From: a virus
IMG/VR virus record: IMGVR_UViG_3300045988_039967
Span: 1 to 56,493 of that record
Length of the DNA stretch: 56,493 nt
Strand: one strand, 5' to 3'
Positions 1 through 9,948 of the stretch are shown piece by piece. The notes beneath the pieces were generated by a model. It ran no database searches. It was not told where the DNA came from and saw only the letters and a program-made list of their open reading frames with translations. The number at the start of each line of letters is the position of its first letter. Positions within the stretch are counted from its first letter, which is position 1. The translations under genes were made by a program, and so were the position numbers.

Positions 1-55
1 TGCCGCCTGCTACCATATTGCCGACATCAGTAACATGGTAACGCACAATCTTCTT
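1..55. repeat. Terminal direct repeat copy 1 (circular assembly overlap)
   Basis: Nt 1-55 are letter-for-letter identical to 56439-56493. Confidence 0.95.
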
Positions 56-59
56 TCAC

Positions 60-437
60 TTATAACACTTTAGCAAACGGAAATACCCCAACAAATAAGC
101 TGTCTCTATTTCTCCAAGTTCTGTTGACACCGCCCTCACTTAAGGCAGACATAAAGTTTTCGCCTGCCTGTGAATGGTCGTAGATAGCCAGATTAACGAT
201 AACGCTCTCAAATTTCTTCAAGTCCTCGGTTATCATTTCATCTGTGTAGCTGTCAGGGTAATTTCTTCTTGCCTTTACATCTTCTGTAGCTTGTTTAATA
301 AGCTGTTCGATTACCGGATTATCTTCTTTGTTATCGAACACTACCACATCAGATGTTGTTTCATCATCATTTGCGACTGTATCAATATGAAATTGTTTAA
401 GTCTGATTTTGACTTGCTCTAATGTGGTGTATTCCAT
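60..437 (-). CDS. Head-tail connector (gp6-like / DNA-packaging adaptor)
   Basis: 125 aa. Lies directly after the capsid gene. N-terminus (TLEQVKIRLKQFHID...DD) follows the gp6-like connector pattern. Confidence 0.55.
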   Translation of the reverse strand: MEYTTLEQVKIRLKQFHIDTVANDDETTSDVVVFDNKEDNPVIEQLIKQATEDVKARRNYPDSYTDEMITEDLKKFESVIVNLAIYDHSQAGENFMSALSEGGVNRTWRNRDSLFVGVFPFAKVL

Positions 438-447
438 AATTCAGCTC

Positions 448-726
448 CTATAATCCTAATTTCTCAATTAACAGTTCTTTAAGCTCTGCTCCTGTAAGCT
501 CCATTGCGTTCTCAATACCTTGTTCTAAGGCAAGTGTCTGCAAGTCCGCTGTTGGCATACGCTTAATAGCTGTCTTTGTGTAATCGCTTGTAGGTTGAGC
601 AGGGAACTTGTCCTGCTCTTCCTCATACTTAAGCTCATCTCCATAAACAGCTTCCTGTCTTACATTATCTGCTGTTACTTCTTCGCTCTGCTTTGCGGCG
701 TTGATTTTATGTCGTCTTAATAACAT
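448..726 (-). CDS. Small head-module protein with C-terminal HeH/Rho_N-like motif
   Basis: 92 aa ORF between capsid and connector genes. C-terminus is TGAELKELLIEKLGL. Confidence 0.5.
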   Translation of the reverse strand: MLLRRHKINAAKQSEEVTADNVRQEAVYGDELKYEEEQDKFPAQPTSDYTKTAIKRMPTADLQTLALEQGIENAMELTGAELKELLIEKLGL

Positions 727-737
727 ATAAACACCTC

Positions 738-1769
738 TTACTTTCCAAACTTAGCAAGAACAACCTTTGAATCATTGCTTAAGACTGCTGTATAATGTTC
801 ATCACCAGAGATAACAGTTGTCTTTGCAAGAATATCTCTGTCTGATTCAATCTCAACGCTTCTCTTCATATAGATTGTAAGTGCGTTCTCTTCCTCTGAC
901 ACGCCATCTGCACCTGTGTCCTCGTTAGGGTCTTCTACTGATACGATAACGATAGGGCAAGCGTAATATTCTGTTGTAACAGCCTTTAACTTGCTGCCTA
1001 CCTTGATTTCCTTGTCCTTTGACTTGAGCGTATGTGCAAGTGCTGTGTCAAGATGAACATTAGTTGCATCCTCGCTTGTTGTATCAGCTACAACATTGAT
1101 TGTTCCTGTTAAATCATCAAGCTCATACTTAATCAGCTTAACTTTCTTAGACTTAACAACCTGTGCTCCTGCGATAGAACCGATAGTGCCATTCATAATT
1201 ACATTAAGTGGGTACTTGTCATTGCTCTTGAAATCATCGTCATTAAGTAATGTGGCTTCCTGCGCCGGATTAATGAACAATATCTTTGCAAGTGATGAAT
1301 CTGATTCATCATCAAATTTGCTATTAGCTGCTACAACTGCTGAATAGCTGATAGGTGCCGCTGTTCCATCGTAATCAATAGGTGCTGTGCAAAGTGCGTC
1401 ATAGCTGTCATTATCAACCTTTGCAGCGATTGACATAGCAATCTGATTGATAGCTGTACCAAGTGGGTCGCCATAACCAGATAACACTGATTCGTCTGTA
1501 AGTTCTACTGCCTTACCTGCTTTCTTAACCTTTGCTTCTGTTGTAGATGTTGTAAGTACTGTTGTACCCATAGCAACACCTTCTGCTACATCTTCTGCGT
1601 CACCAATATAAGCATACTTTGGCACAACGATTGTGCTTCCCGGTCTGCCTACAAGTGTTGTATCAACTCTTGCGATAGGCGAGAACTTAATCTTCTTTGG
1701 CAACTTAGCTGATACCATATCAGCCATTACCTGTGGGTCTACTAAATTTGCTAACTTAGTCTGTGGCAT
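738..1769 (-). CDS. Major capsid protein (HK97 fold)
   Basis: 343 aa. Sits after the scaffold gene. N-terminal PQTKLANLVDPQV...GRPGSTIVVPKY pattern is typical of Firmicutes phage major capsid proteins. Confidence 0.85.
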   Translation of the reverse strand: MPQTKLANLVDPQVMADMVSAKLPKKIKFSPIARVDTTLVGRPGSTIVVPKYAYIGDAEDVAEGVAMGTTVLTTSTTEAKVKKAGKAVELTDESVLSGYGDPLGTAINQIAMSIAAKVDNDSYDALCTAPIDYDGTAAPISYSAVVAANSKFDDESDSSLAKILFINPAQEATLLNDDDFKSNDKYPLNVIMNGTIGSIAGAQVVKSKKVKLIKYELDDLTGTINVVADTTSEDATNVHLDTALAHTLKSKDKEIKVGSKLKAVTTEYYACPIVIVSVEDPNEDTGADGVSEEENALTIYMKRSVEIESDRDILAKTTVISGDEHYTAVLSNDSKVVLAKFGK

Positions 1770-1790
1770 AGTTTATTTACCTCCGTTTTT

Positions 1791-2369
1791 CTACTCTGTG
1801 AACTTCTTATAAAGCTCTGGATTCTTATTTTTGAACTCCACTCTTTCGTGGTAATTCATCTTGTTAAACTGTTCCTGCGTTATCGTGCTTTCTTCTCCAC
1901 CGCCCGCATTAATAGCCGGTCTTGATTTAAGCCACTCTGCCTTAGCTTCTTTAACCTGTCTTTGCACTTCATTGGCAATTACAGTTGCTATAAGGCTATG
2001 GTCTGCATCTGCAACTGCCTCAATCAAAGAATCAATATCCTTTCCATCACCTATAACTTTCTGATAAGCATTAACAGCTTTCATATGATTAAGCTCTTTG
2101 CTCATGTTCTCGAACTTTTCAGCCTGCAACTTTTCAGCTTCCGCCTTTGCTTCCGCTTCCTGTTCTTCTGCTGTCTGCTTGGAGCGAAGTTCTTTCTTGT
2201 ACTTAGCTGCTTCTGAACTGGCTTTATCGGAAGCGTTCTTATACTTCTCTTTTTCAGCTCTTTCACTAGCAAGCTGTGCCATAAGTTCTTCCACGCTAGG
2301 TGTCTGCTCTTCATTCTGTGGCTCATTATTAGTTGTTGGTTCTGTTGTTGTGTTAGTTACATCTGCCAT
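1791..2369 (-). CDS. Capsid scaffolding protein
   Basis: Start chosen at ATG 2369, preceded by GAGG. Coiled-coil, E/K/A-rich. Lies between portal and capsid genes. Confidence 0.7.
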   Translation of the reverse strand: MADVTNTTTEPTTNNEPQNEEQTPSVEELMAQLASERAEKEKYKNASDKASSEAAKYKKELRSKQTAEEQEAEAKAEAEKLQAEKFENMSKELNHMKAVNAYQKVIGDGKDIDSLIEAVADADHSLIATVIANEVQRQVKEAKAEWLKSRPAINAGGGEESTITQEQFNKMNYHERVEFKNKNPELYKKFTE

Positions 2370-2495
2370 AATTTCTTTACCTCTGCTTTCTGCGTTTTTT
2401 GTTGTTCTCTCAACTTCTTGCGATATTTGTATTGCCCTTTCTCTAGGGCATATAAAAAGCCACAAGGCATTTTTTACCCTGTGGCTCAATATCGA

Positions 2496-4088
2496 TTATT
2501 TATCTGTTCTGCTCTTGTCTATGATTGGACTATTTTCTGTCTGGTCTGATAAGTCTTGCATTGTGCGGTCTTTATTAGGTGGTTGTTCGTCATCTCCACC
2601 CTCTGCTTGATTCTGTGTATCTTTGTTAATTATGCTGTCTTGATATGCCTTAACCATTTCTCCGCTTCTCGCTACAACATCGTTAGGGTCATCAAAGAAT
2701 GGAATTGCATCAACTGTATCTTTAAGGCTAAATCCGTGGCTTATCAATGTCGCCATAGCATTAACCTTGGTTGACATTTCATAAGTTTTCTGTCGCTTAA
2801 TGTTAGGTTTTACATCTCTTGCCCTTAATTTAAGTAATGGATTACTGCTATTAACATTGTTTGACAGCTTAATAGCTGCAAGAACAACTTTTATCTCTTC
2901 CATTTTGCAGCCATCTGTAATCAACTGTTGCTTTGCCGCCGCTGTTTCAGCTTGCGACCATCCTGTAGCGTCTGACATTGCAACTCCTGTACTGCCACCG
3001 CTATTATCATTTCGTTGTGGTACATTGCATTTCTGTAAGATTATCTGCCGCCTTGATTGGATATTATTAAGCATACCTGTGTAATCGTAATTGATTGCAA
3101 GTGGCTCAACTATTGGAGTTTTGCCATCTGCTGATGTATAGGTCTGCATCCATTCTCCAGATTTTGGCTTTCTCACTTTTTCAGTAATGTGTGGTGTTCC
3201 ATCTTTATCAACTGTTGTTTCCTGTTCAACCGGAAAGTCAACATCATTTGTGTGCCACACTGCCTGCGTGTTCTGTTCAACATCATTAGTAAAATCTGAA
3301 ATGAGTAAGTTTAAGTTATCCATTTCAGATATTTGCCGTTCAAAACAACCCATTCTATCAAATGACCTTGTGTATTCGATAATAGGAATTTTATGCAGTG
3401 GATTTTCTTCTCCGCTTCTCTCTAAAAATCCCCATTTTGTTTTTCCTTTTTCTGGTCCGTTAGTGATTTTTATCCCATCCGTAACTTCATAGCGAATATC
3501 TTTTGTAAAACAGGTGTAATATCTTGCACCGCTATGTTTGTCTTTGATATAAGTGCCTGCAAGAATAACCCTTTTATCACTATAAGCTGTTGACCTTACA
3601 ACAAATGTTGTTCTTGGGTCCAAAACATCGTATGTGAAATAGCTTTCTCCGTCCTCATATTCTGTATTCACATCAATAAGGACATATCCAACACCACCGA
3701 TTTCAACATATCTCGCAAGTTCCTGTTGTTTCTGCCTTGCGTTCTGCGATTCGTAGCAACTGTTTAATTCTGCTATAGCTTCTGTGAGGTTGGAATCCTC
3801 ATTATCGCCATTTTGAACAAGTGTTATAGGGTTCCCCCACTTGAACCCGAGGCAGAACTCGGTAACCTCATTAGCCACATTATCGCAACACTCGCAGTCA
3901 ATGTCTGGTCTGTAAGTCTTTGGGTTCTTCCTAACTATCGGCTGTATTCCTGCATCATAATCAAGAAGAAACTGTATTCTGTTGGAATTAATATCATGTT
4001 CCAAAATTGCTTCACGCAAAATTGGTATTATATTGTCAGGCGTTATTTCTTTCACACCTGTGTAAATAGCAATTCTTCCTGCCTGCAT
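2496..4088 (-). CDS. Portal protein (SPP1 Gp6-like)
   Basis: 530 aa. Position and N-terminal FLLDYDAGIQPI...RPDIDCECCDNVANEV pattern fit this family. Confidence 0.85.
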   Translation of the reverse strand: MQAGRIAIYTGVKEITPDNIIPILREAILEHDINSNRIQFLLDYDAGIQPIVRKNPKTYRPDIDCECCDNVANEVTEFCLGFKWGNPITLVQNGDNEDSNLTEAIAELNSCYESQNARQKQQELARYVEIGGVGYVLIDVNTEYEDGESYFTYDVLDPRTTFVVRSTAYSDKRVILAGTYIKDKHSGARYYTCFTKDIRYEVTDGIKITNGPEKGKTKWGFLERSGEENPLHKIPIIEYTRSFDRMGCFERQISEMDNLNLLISDFTNDVEQNTQAVWHTNDVDFPVEQETTVDKDGTPHITEKVRKPKSGEWMQTYTSADGKTPIVEPLAINYDYTGMLNNIQSRRQIILQKCNVPQRNDNSGGSTGVAMSDATGWSQAETAAAKQQLITDGCKMEEIKVVLAAIKLSNNVNSSNPLLKLRARDVKPNIKRQKTYEMSTKVNAMATLISHGFSLKDTVDAIPFFDDPNDVVARSGEMVKAYQDSIINKDTQNQAEGGDDEQPPNKDRTMQDLSDQTENSPIIDKSRTDK

Positions 4089-4099
4089 TGTCTACACCT

Positions 4100-4306
4100 C
4101 TAATAAAACGTCATGCCGCTTGAACATTTGCGTTCTGGCTTTTTCTTAACTTCAAAATAGTCATTTTTTGGTATAAAATGAATCCATTTGCCACAGTGCT
4201 TGCAAACAAGCTTGTGCATATGTGGGTCACGCTTATCTGCTTTTGTTAAAAATTTGCGGCAATATGGACATATTATTGATTTGTCTTTATTCGTGTAAAA
4301 AATCAT
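4100..4306 (-). CDS. Zinc-ribbon small protein
   Basis: 68 aa with CPYC...CKHC motifs. Confidence 0.55.
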   Translation of the reverse strand: MIFYTNKDKSIICPYCRKFLTKADKRDPHMHKLVCKHCGKWIHFIPKNDYFEVKKKPERKCSSGMTFY

Positions 4307-4327
4307 ATTTCCACCTCATTGCATAGC

Positions 4328-4362
4328 AAAAGCACCGCCACAATTAAGTAGCGGTGCTTTTT
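4328..4362 (-). terminator. Hairpin (AGCACCGC/GCGGTGCT) with T-runs on both sides
   Basis: 8-bp perfect stem flanked by A4 and T5. Lies between the sigma-like gene and the Zn-ribbon gene. Confidence 0.45.
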
Positions 4363-4442
4363 AATAAAGAATCGTGATGTTATGGATTTTGCTTTGCTCA
4401 TTATAATAATACAAGATTTTTTCGTCACAATCGTAACAACTT

Positions 4443-4877
4443 TTAATTTTTTTCAATAAATCTTTGAAAAGCCATTTTTACGCTGCTTTCAGAATTGCCG
4501 CCTATAATGTGTGCTATCTGAATCCAAGTCTTATTTTCTAAAAATCTAAGATTAATTATTCTTCTCATTCTGCTATCATCAACACTTGCAATAAATTGCT
4601 CAACCTCATTGGTTTTTTCAAGTAAATCATCTTCCAACAACTGCAATGTGGCTTTTCTTGCATAGAGAAGTGTTTTCTTTCTGCTGTACTCTGGAAATGG
4701 TATGCCTTCAATCTTAAAATGCTGTTTACCGCCATTGCCGCCACTGACAGAATCTATAACCATTTCTCCGGCTTCAATTTTACTTATATCTTTTTCAAGC
4801 CGTTCTATCTTTAGCCTTACTTCTTTTACCTCTTCTTGCAGGTCTGAATACTGTGATAAAACTTCCTTTGTTACCAT
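4443..4877 (-). CDS. Sigma-70 region-4 / ArpU-RinA-like (DUF1492-like) late transcription regulator
   Basis: 144 aa. N-terminal coiled coil. C-terminal HTH (RIINLRFLENKTWIQIAHIIGG.SESSVKMAFQRF). Confidence 0.55.
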   Translation of the reverse strand: MVTKEVLSQYSDLQEEVKEVRLKIERLEKDISKIEAGEMVIDSVSGGNGGKQHFKIEGIPFPEYSRKKTLLYARKATLQLLEDDLLEKTNEVEQFIASVDDSRMRRIINLRFLENKTWIQIAHIIGGNSESSVKMAFQRFIEKN

Positions 4878-4891
4878 AAATACCCTCCTGT

Positions 4892-6646
4892 TTATATTGG
4901 GCTTGACATAATTACTGTCCTATGCCTTTTTTTGCCGCTATAAATCATATCGCATAGCTGTGCTGTTGAATCTACGCCATCATCATGCTTCATTTTTCCT
5001 TCATATGTGCAAGAAAGAATGTTTTGAAAATACTTTCTGTATTCCTTGCTTTGTCTTTCAAGCTTTACAAAATGTAATCTCCTGATATCCGGCGCATGAT
5101 TTTTAATTCTGTCCATTTTTGCCGTTTTGTTATCAGCCGGGTCGTGGCTTGTTAATACAGGGTAGCCATCTTTTTTCCATATATCTTCACACGCCAAGCG
5201 GTATCCTGATGTTGATTTCGTTTCCTCAAAATGTACTTCTGCTGTTTTATTTGGGAATTTATCTAAGTGACTTTCCATTCTGCTTGTTACTTCAGGAATT
5301 GTTATATCCTTATCACCATCGTTATATACAGCATCAAAGACATAATGTTCTCCGTCAATTTCATAGCAAATCGGCATTGACACAAAGTCTCCACCGCCAT
5401 ATGCCGGGTCATTTGCAGCAAATATCTTGTCTGGTCTAATACCATCTAATTCTGCTGGGTCAAAGAAATTCATATTATCAACATTAAACATCTGCCCTTT
5501 TCGTTCAATAGGCTCTTGCTGATATTGGGCGAACCATGATGCCAAATCATCATTATTCTCAAATGAAGCCATTCTGCGCTTATAATCAAGCGTTGTGTAG
5601 CCCAACTTATAAGGATAGTCAAAGTTGCTCTCGTTGTTTTCATTAAGAGCCGGTATTATAATTTCTCTATGTCTTATGTCTGAATACTCAGAATCACTAA
5701 GAAGTAAGTCTAATCTGCGACCTTGCACATCTTTTGGAGCCCATCTGGTGCCTATTCCAAGCAGTTTTGCTTTGCCCGGCTTAATTCTTGGTATGAAATT
5801 ATTATCAAACTTGCCCCAAACAGTTCTCTGTCTGTCCTCACTTAACGCTTCGTCAATACCGCTAAACAAATCATCATATACCCCTAATCCATCACAATCA
5901 CATGCTCCGTTCAATGTTCCGTATATAGAACGCATGGTGAATGTTGGGTATGTTTTTTTACGGCGAAAGTCTATCGTAAGGTCTTTTCCGTCTGTAATAA
6001 CCTTTTTCTCAACAATTTCTGGGTAGATTTCCTTGTAGGTGTAAGTTGGGTCATTTACCATTTCTAATATTCCGTCGTAAAATCCTCCGGTTATTTTGTC
6101 GGAATATGCCGAATATAGATTTGACCTCTCGGGCCTGTTTGAGCCGAACCACAAATTACCCATTTTAACAATTTGTGTCTTTCCAATACGCCCCGGGCAA
6201 AATACCATACCCTCGTCAAGTTTGTCATCGTACAAATCTTGAATAAGCTGTGCGACTTTGCTTAACGGATTTCTTCTTGGTAAATAGAATCTTTCCCATG
6301 GTGGTCTGTTTTTTTCCATGTAAATCATAAAACTCTCGAACTTATAACGAGATTCAAGTAAAAATATCTCAAAATATTTATCAAGCAAAGCGTAAGGGTC
6401 TGTTTCGTGTTGAAAATGGTAATAATCCAAATCCCATATCGTACCGCCCGAATGTTCCATGCAGAAACGCTCTATAATACCTTTAGAGCGGTTTGTGAGC
6501 TGTAAGCCATACAAAATATCCTTTTCACCATTTATAGCCACATTTGAAGCTTCTACGTAAGCGTTTATTACAGATTCATCTACGCCTCTTTTTTCTATAT
6601 ATTTTTCATATCCATTGATTGTGGAAATTAGGCTCTGACTAGCCAT
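4892..6646 (-). CDS. terL: Terminase large subunit
   Basis: Start at ATG 6646 with GGAGG. Walker A-like GRIGKT, Walker B-like VYDDLFSG, C-terminal nuclease-like NDPAYGGGD. Confidence 0.85.
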   Translation of the reverse strand: MASQSLISTINGYEKYIEKRGVDESVINAYVEASNVAINGEKDILYGLQLTNRSKGIIERFCMEHSGGTIWDLDYYHFQHETDPYALLDKYFEIFLLESRYKFESFMIYMEKNRPPWERFYLPRRNPLSKVAQLIQDLYDDKLDEGMVFCPGRIGKTQIVKMGNLWFGSNRPERSNLYSAYSDKITGGFYDGILEMVNDPTYTYKEIYPEIVEKKVITDGKDLTIDFRRKKTYPTFTMRSIYGTLNGACDCDGLGVYDDLFSGIDEALSEDRQRTVWGKFDNNFIPRIKPGKAKLLGIGTRWAPKDVQGRRLDLLLSDSEYSDIRHREIIIPALNENNESNFDYPYKLGYTTLDYKRRMASFENNDDLASWFAQYQQEPIERKGQMFNVDNMNFFDPAELDGIRPDKIFAANDPAYGGGDFVSMPICYEIDGEHYVFDAVYNDGDKDITIPEVTSRMESHLDKFPNKTAEVHFEETKSTSGYRLACEDIWKKDGYPVLTSHDPADNKTAKMDRIKNHAPDIRRLHFVKLERQSKEYRKYFQNILSCTYEGKMKHDDGVDSTAQLCDMIYSGKKRHRTVIMSSPI

Positions 6647-6651
6647 AAGAA

Positions 6652-6684
6652 AAGCACCTCCACTTTTAAAAAGCAAAGGTGCTT
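6652..6684 (-). promoter_or_regulatory. Hairpin overlapping the terL Shine-Dalgarno sequence
   Basis: AAGCACCT / AGGTGCTT 8-bp stem. The distal arm contains part of the GGAGG that precedes the terL ATG. Confidence 0.4.
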
Positions 6685-6749
6685 ATAGACCTCTGCCTAT
6701 AACTGTTTTAGGGTAGCGACTAACTCCATTTGTTAGCCGGTAATTGTTT

Positions 6750-7958
6750 TTATTCGTTTGCTTTGAAATTGTAAATCGGTTTTATAATGTCAACTATTTC
6801 AACAGTATCTTTTATATTTCCAATTATTTCATCCATTGTTTTATATGCCATAGGGCTTTCATCAATCGTAGATGTATTTACGGATGTTGTAAATATTCCA
6901 TCCATTGCTTTTTGATACTCTTCTAGCAAAATGCTTTCTTTTGCTTTTGACCTGCTCATTGTTCGCCCTGCTCCATGCGGTGCTGAATAATTCCAATCTT
7001 CATTTCCTTTGCCAATTCCCAAAATGCAACCGTCACGCATGTTTATTGGTATTAGTACCTTTTCCCCCGTTTTTGCAGAAATAGCACCTTTACGAACAAT
7101 ATTTGTATCGTGTTCAATGTAGTTGTGAATTGTTTGAAATCGTTCCGTTTCTTTTGTAACTTTCCAGCCCATATAGTAACAAATAATGCTCTGAATGGCT
7201 CTTCTGTTAATTTTCGCAAACTCTTGACATAATTTCATATCGTGCAAATACATTTCTCTATGTTTTCCAACAAGATATGATAACTCTCTAGGGATTTTAG
7301 TTGTATTTGCTTCGTAGGACTGCTTTAATTCTTTGATAGCCTTGCTGATTTCTCTTTCTCTTTTACATTTTTTGTATTCAGCAATCAATTTCTTGCTATC
7401 TTGTTTAAAGTTTGATTTTCCCGAAATATCGTCAATCGCCATTTGCTGATATATTTCTGCAACTTGCTTTCCGACATTCCTGCTTCCCGAATGAATAATA
7501 AGATATTTATTATTATTGCTATCGTTATCAACTTCGATAAAATGATTGCCACCTCCCAGCGTGCCACAACTTCTTTTCAACCAATTTATATTTTTCAACT
7601 GTTCCTTGCAATTCAATTTTTCAATAATATCACTTGCAACAGATAAGTTTTCTTCTTCATGAACTTTTCTACCACTTGGAACATATTTTCTAATGACGTT
7701 ATCTAATCTCTCAAAATCAATATGAATATTTCCCAAGTTTGTAGTAAGCATCCCACAGCCTATGTCAACTCCAACAATGTTCGGTATTACTTTTTCTCCT
7801 AAATCAGCAGTAAACCCGATAACACACCCTGCTCCTGCATGAACATCTGGCATAATTCTTATCTTGCAATCCGAAAATGCTGGCTGTTTTACAAGCGTAT
7901 ATATCTGATTTAATGCTTCATGTTCTATATTTTCTGTAAATATTTTCAAATCAGCCAT
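6750..7958 (-). CDS. rtcB: RNA 3'-phosphate/5'-OH ligase RtcB
   Basis: 402 aa with hallmark motifs MPDVHAGAGC, VGVDIGCGM, GGGNHFIE, HSGSR, APHGAGR. Confidence 0.9.
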   Translation of the reverse strand: MADLKIFTENIEHEALNQIYTLVKQPAFSDCKIRIMPDVHAGAGCVIGFTADLGEKVIPNIVGVDIGCGMLTTNLGNIHIDFERLDNVIRKYVPSGRKVHEEENLSVASDIIEKLNCKEQLKNINWLKRSCGTLGGGNHFIEVDNDSNNNKYLIIHSGSRNVGKQVAEIYQQMAIDDISGKSNFKQDSKKLIAEYKKCKREREISKAIKELKQSYEANTTKIPRELSYLVGKHREMYLHDMKLCQEFAKINRRAIQSIICYYMGWKVTKETERFQTIHNYIEHDTNIVRKGAISAKTGEKVLIPINMRDGCILGIGKGNEDWNYSAPHGAGRTMSRSKAKESILLEEYQKAMDGIFTTSVNTSTIDESPMAYKTMDEIIGNIKDTVEIVDIIKPIYNFKANE

Positions 7959-7983
7959 AATATGTTCCCCTTTCCGCTGATAA

Positions 7984-8448
7984 TCAGCAATTTATTTTAA
8001 TGCCCTCTGTTAATATGGCGGTTTTGTCCTCATTCAGAATTGTATTTCCGTTTTCATCCGTTTTATGCCATCGTGCATTAACTTTAATCATTGGGCTTTG
8101 GTTTGAATGACCGATAAAATGTAACTCCATGTCCGTACATCTTACTTTTTTACCGTCAATAAATATTTGTGCGGTTTTGCCATCGGATATTATCTTGATT
8201 TTTTCTTTTGTAACTTCAATAGGTTCGCATTTGTACATGGATTTCCATGAATCTTCATACCACTTATCTATTTCATCAATAACAGCACTCGCATAATAAG
8301 TCGGTTTGCTCATTGTTTTCGTTCGGCTACATAAAACTTCTTGATAATTCTCGATAATAAACTCACATTCAGCACCGTTATATTTATAATCTTTATAAAA
8401 CCGATAAAAAGATTTTAAATTTTTGATAAAATCAATTAGTGTTTTCAT
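7984..8448 (-). CDS. Hypothetical protein
   Basis: 154 aa ORF, overlaps the next gene by 4 nt (coupled). Confidence 0.6.
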   Translation of the reverse strand: MKTLIDFIKNLKSFYRFYKDYKYNGAECEFIIENYQEVLCSRTKTMSKPTYYASAVIDEIDKWYEDSWKSMYKCEPIEVTKEKIKIISDGKTAQIFIDGKKVRCTDMELHFIGHSNQSPMIKVNARWHKTDENGNTILNEDKTAILTEGIKINC

Positions 8449-9089
8449 TTCTTATTTCCCCACTCAAATCCAAAGTCAGAACGCTTGATTTTGCATCTTG
8501 GTTCTCCATCAAGCCAAAATACAATGCCCTCAATATAATGATCTGACAGATATTTCTTAATTCCATCAAATGTTCTTTCAACATTTATGATTATCGTTCC
8601 GTGTTTTACTATCGTATCAGATCGTAAATTATATGGATTTCCTTGAAAATGAACTCCAATCGCTTCATAAGTGCCATCTTGCATTTTGGGAAAAATAAAC
8701 TCTCTGTGTTCGCTTATTTTTCCGCTCGCTAATCCGCTATTAGTGGTTTCAATTTTTCCAGCATCAATAGCGTTCTTGTATGCTTCCATAAACCATTTAT
8801 CTTCTGGTTTATTTTCGTCAACCTTCACCCAATATGGCAAGTGACCGGTTATTGGATCTGGTTCTTCTTGACACTTAATAGCACCTTCCGGAATTTGTTT
8901 ACCCTTTTTCGCATCATACCGCTTATAAAATTCTCCGTTTATGATCGCACAACATGAGCCATCAACTTTTAAGGTTGCTATGCCTTTCCCTTCAAGCACC
9001 CACTCCATGCCTTTGGTAACACTCGGAAGTATGTCTACGATTTTATGATTTTCATATACTCTCTCAAACAATGTTGGTATTTTCTTCAT
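8445..9089 (-). CDS. ATP-dependent nucleic-acid ligase, RNA-ligase-like (KxDGS)
   Basis: ATG 9089 overlaps the upstream stop (ATGA). Motif I KVDGS, motif IV-like EGIVFW, motif V-like KIKR. Confidence 0.65.
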   Translation of the reverse strand: MKKIPTLFERVYENHKIVDILPSVTKGMEWVLEGKGIATLKVDGSCCAIINGEFYKRYDAKKGKQIPEGAIKCQEEPDPITGHLPYWVKVDENKPEDKWFMEAYKNAIDAGKIETTNSGLASGKISEHREFIFPKMQDGTYEAIGVHFQGNPYNLRSDTIVKHGTIIINVERTFDGIKKYLSDHYIEGIVFWLDGEPRCKIKRSDFGFEWGNKK

Positions 9090-9301
9090 TTCCAATGCAC
9101 CTTGAACCCTTTCTTTTTATACTCCTCTACGGCTTTTTTAAAGCTCATATCGTCCTCATACTTTTCATTCAGCATAATCACCACATTGCCTTTTTCAATG
9201 CCGTATATGTTGCAATTTGCAAGTTTCTTAGCCGTTCCAAGAATAGCTTTTGCCTGCTTGTGGCTCATTTCATAGGTTTGGGTTCCCATATTAACGGTCA
9301 T
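9086..9301 (-). CDS. Hypothetical protein
   Basis: 71 aa ORF in operon context. Confidence 0.55.
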   Translation of the reverse strand: MTVNMGTQTYEMSHKQAKAILGTAKKLANCNIYGIEKGNVVIMLNEKYEDDMSFKKAVEEYKKKGFKVHWK

Positions 9302-9458
9302 TTCTCATAAACCTCTCAAAATCTTCCATACACTTAGGGCACAAGTCGTATACAGTATTAAAAGTGCTGTTCTGTGTAATCAAATTTCCACACAGTATGC
9401 CTTTTTCAATTTCAGCACCGCACCTGTCGCAAGTGCGCCATTCTTTTTGATGTTTCAT
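9291..9458 (-). CDS. Zinc-ribbon small protein (55 aa, below ORF-track cutoff)
   Basis: MKHQKEWRTCDRCG...CPKC. GAGGG lies upstream of the ATG. Confidence 0.45.
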   Translation of the reverse strand: MKHQKEWRTCDRCGAEIEKGILCGNLITQNSTFNTVYDLCPKCMEDFERFMRNDR

Positions 9459-9495
9459 AAAATCCCTCACTTATCAAATAAAAATCCGTTATTGA

Positions 9496-9771
9496 CTATT
9501 CTGTTTTGTGTGAATAGTGTTTTAACATTGGCAGTCCGTGTCTTTTTCTCCAATTATTGCAAGTTATGTATTCAAGTGCCTTAATTATTATGCCATTTCT
9601 CACATAATCCTTTTCGACCATTCTTATAGGTTTTCTACCAAGTACCTGCATACCAACAATGTCTAATCGTTCATTTGTAACATCAATAGCATATTGCTCT
9701 CCGTAACCAACATCGAAAGATATATTATTTATTTCAAAGTGCTTCATGCTATATAGGCTTGTCTCTTTCAT
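9496..9771 (-). CDS. Hypothetical protein
   Basis: 91 aa, AAGGAG upstream of ATG 9771. Confidence 0.55.
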   Translation of the reverse strand: MKETSLYSMKHFEINNISFDVGYGEQYAIDVTNERLDIVGMQVLGRKPIRMVEKDYVRNGIIIKALEYITCNNWRKRHGLPMLKHYSHKTE

Positions 9772-9934
9772 AAAATCTGCACTCCTTAGGGCATATAACT
9801 GGGTAAACTAAATAACAATTACTTTTCTCATTCACGCATGTGTAAGTCGCGCCAAGCATTCCGCAACTTAACATTCCGCAATATTTACAATCTGTAGGTT
9901 TCTGAAAAAGTTTATTTTGTAATAATTTATTCAT
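9749..9934 (-). CDS. Cys-rich small protein
   Basis: Start taken at the internal ATG (MNKLL...). Multiple Cys pairs. Confidence 0.45.
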   Translation of the reverse strand: MNKLLQNKLFQKPTDCKYCGMLSCGMLGATYTCVNEKSNCYLVYPVICPKECRFYERDKPI

Positions 9935-9948
9935 TCTTCCACCGCCTT

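Noticed and set aside
1-55. The 55-bp terminal repeat as a biological direct terminal repeat or att site
   Set aside because: - The length equals a typical assembler k-mer overlap.
- The repeat is exactly at the contig ends and lies in an ordinary intergenic spacer, so it is most simply an assembly signature of circularity.
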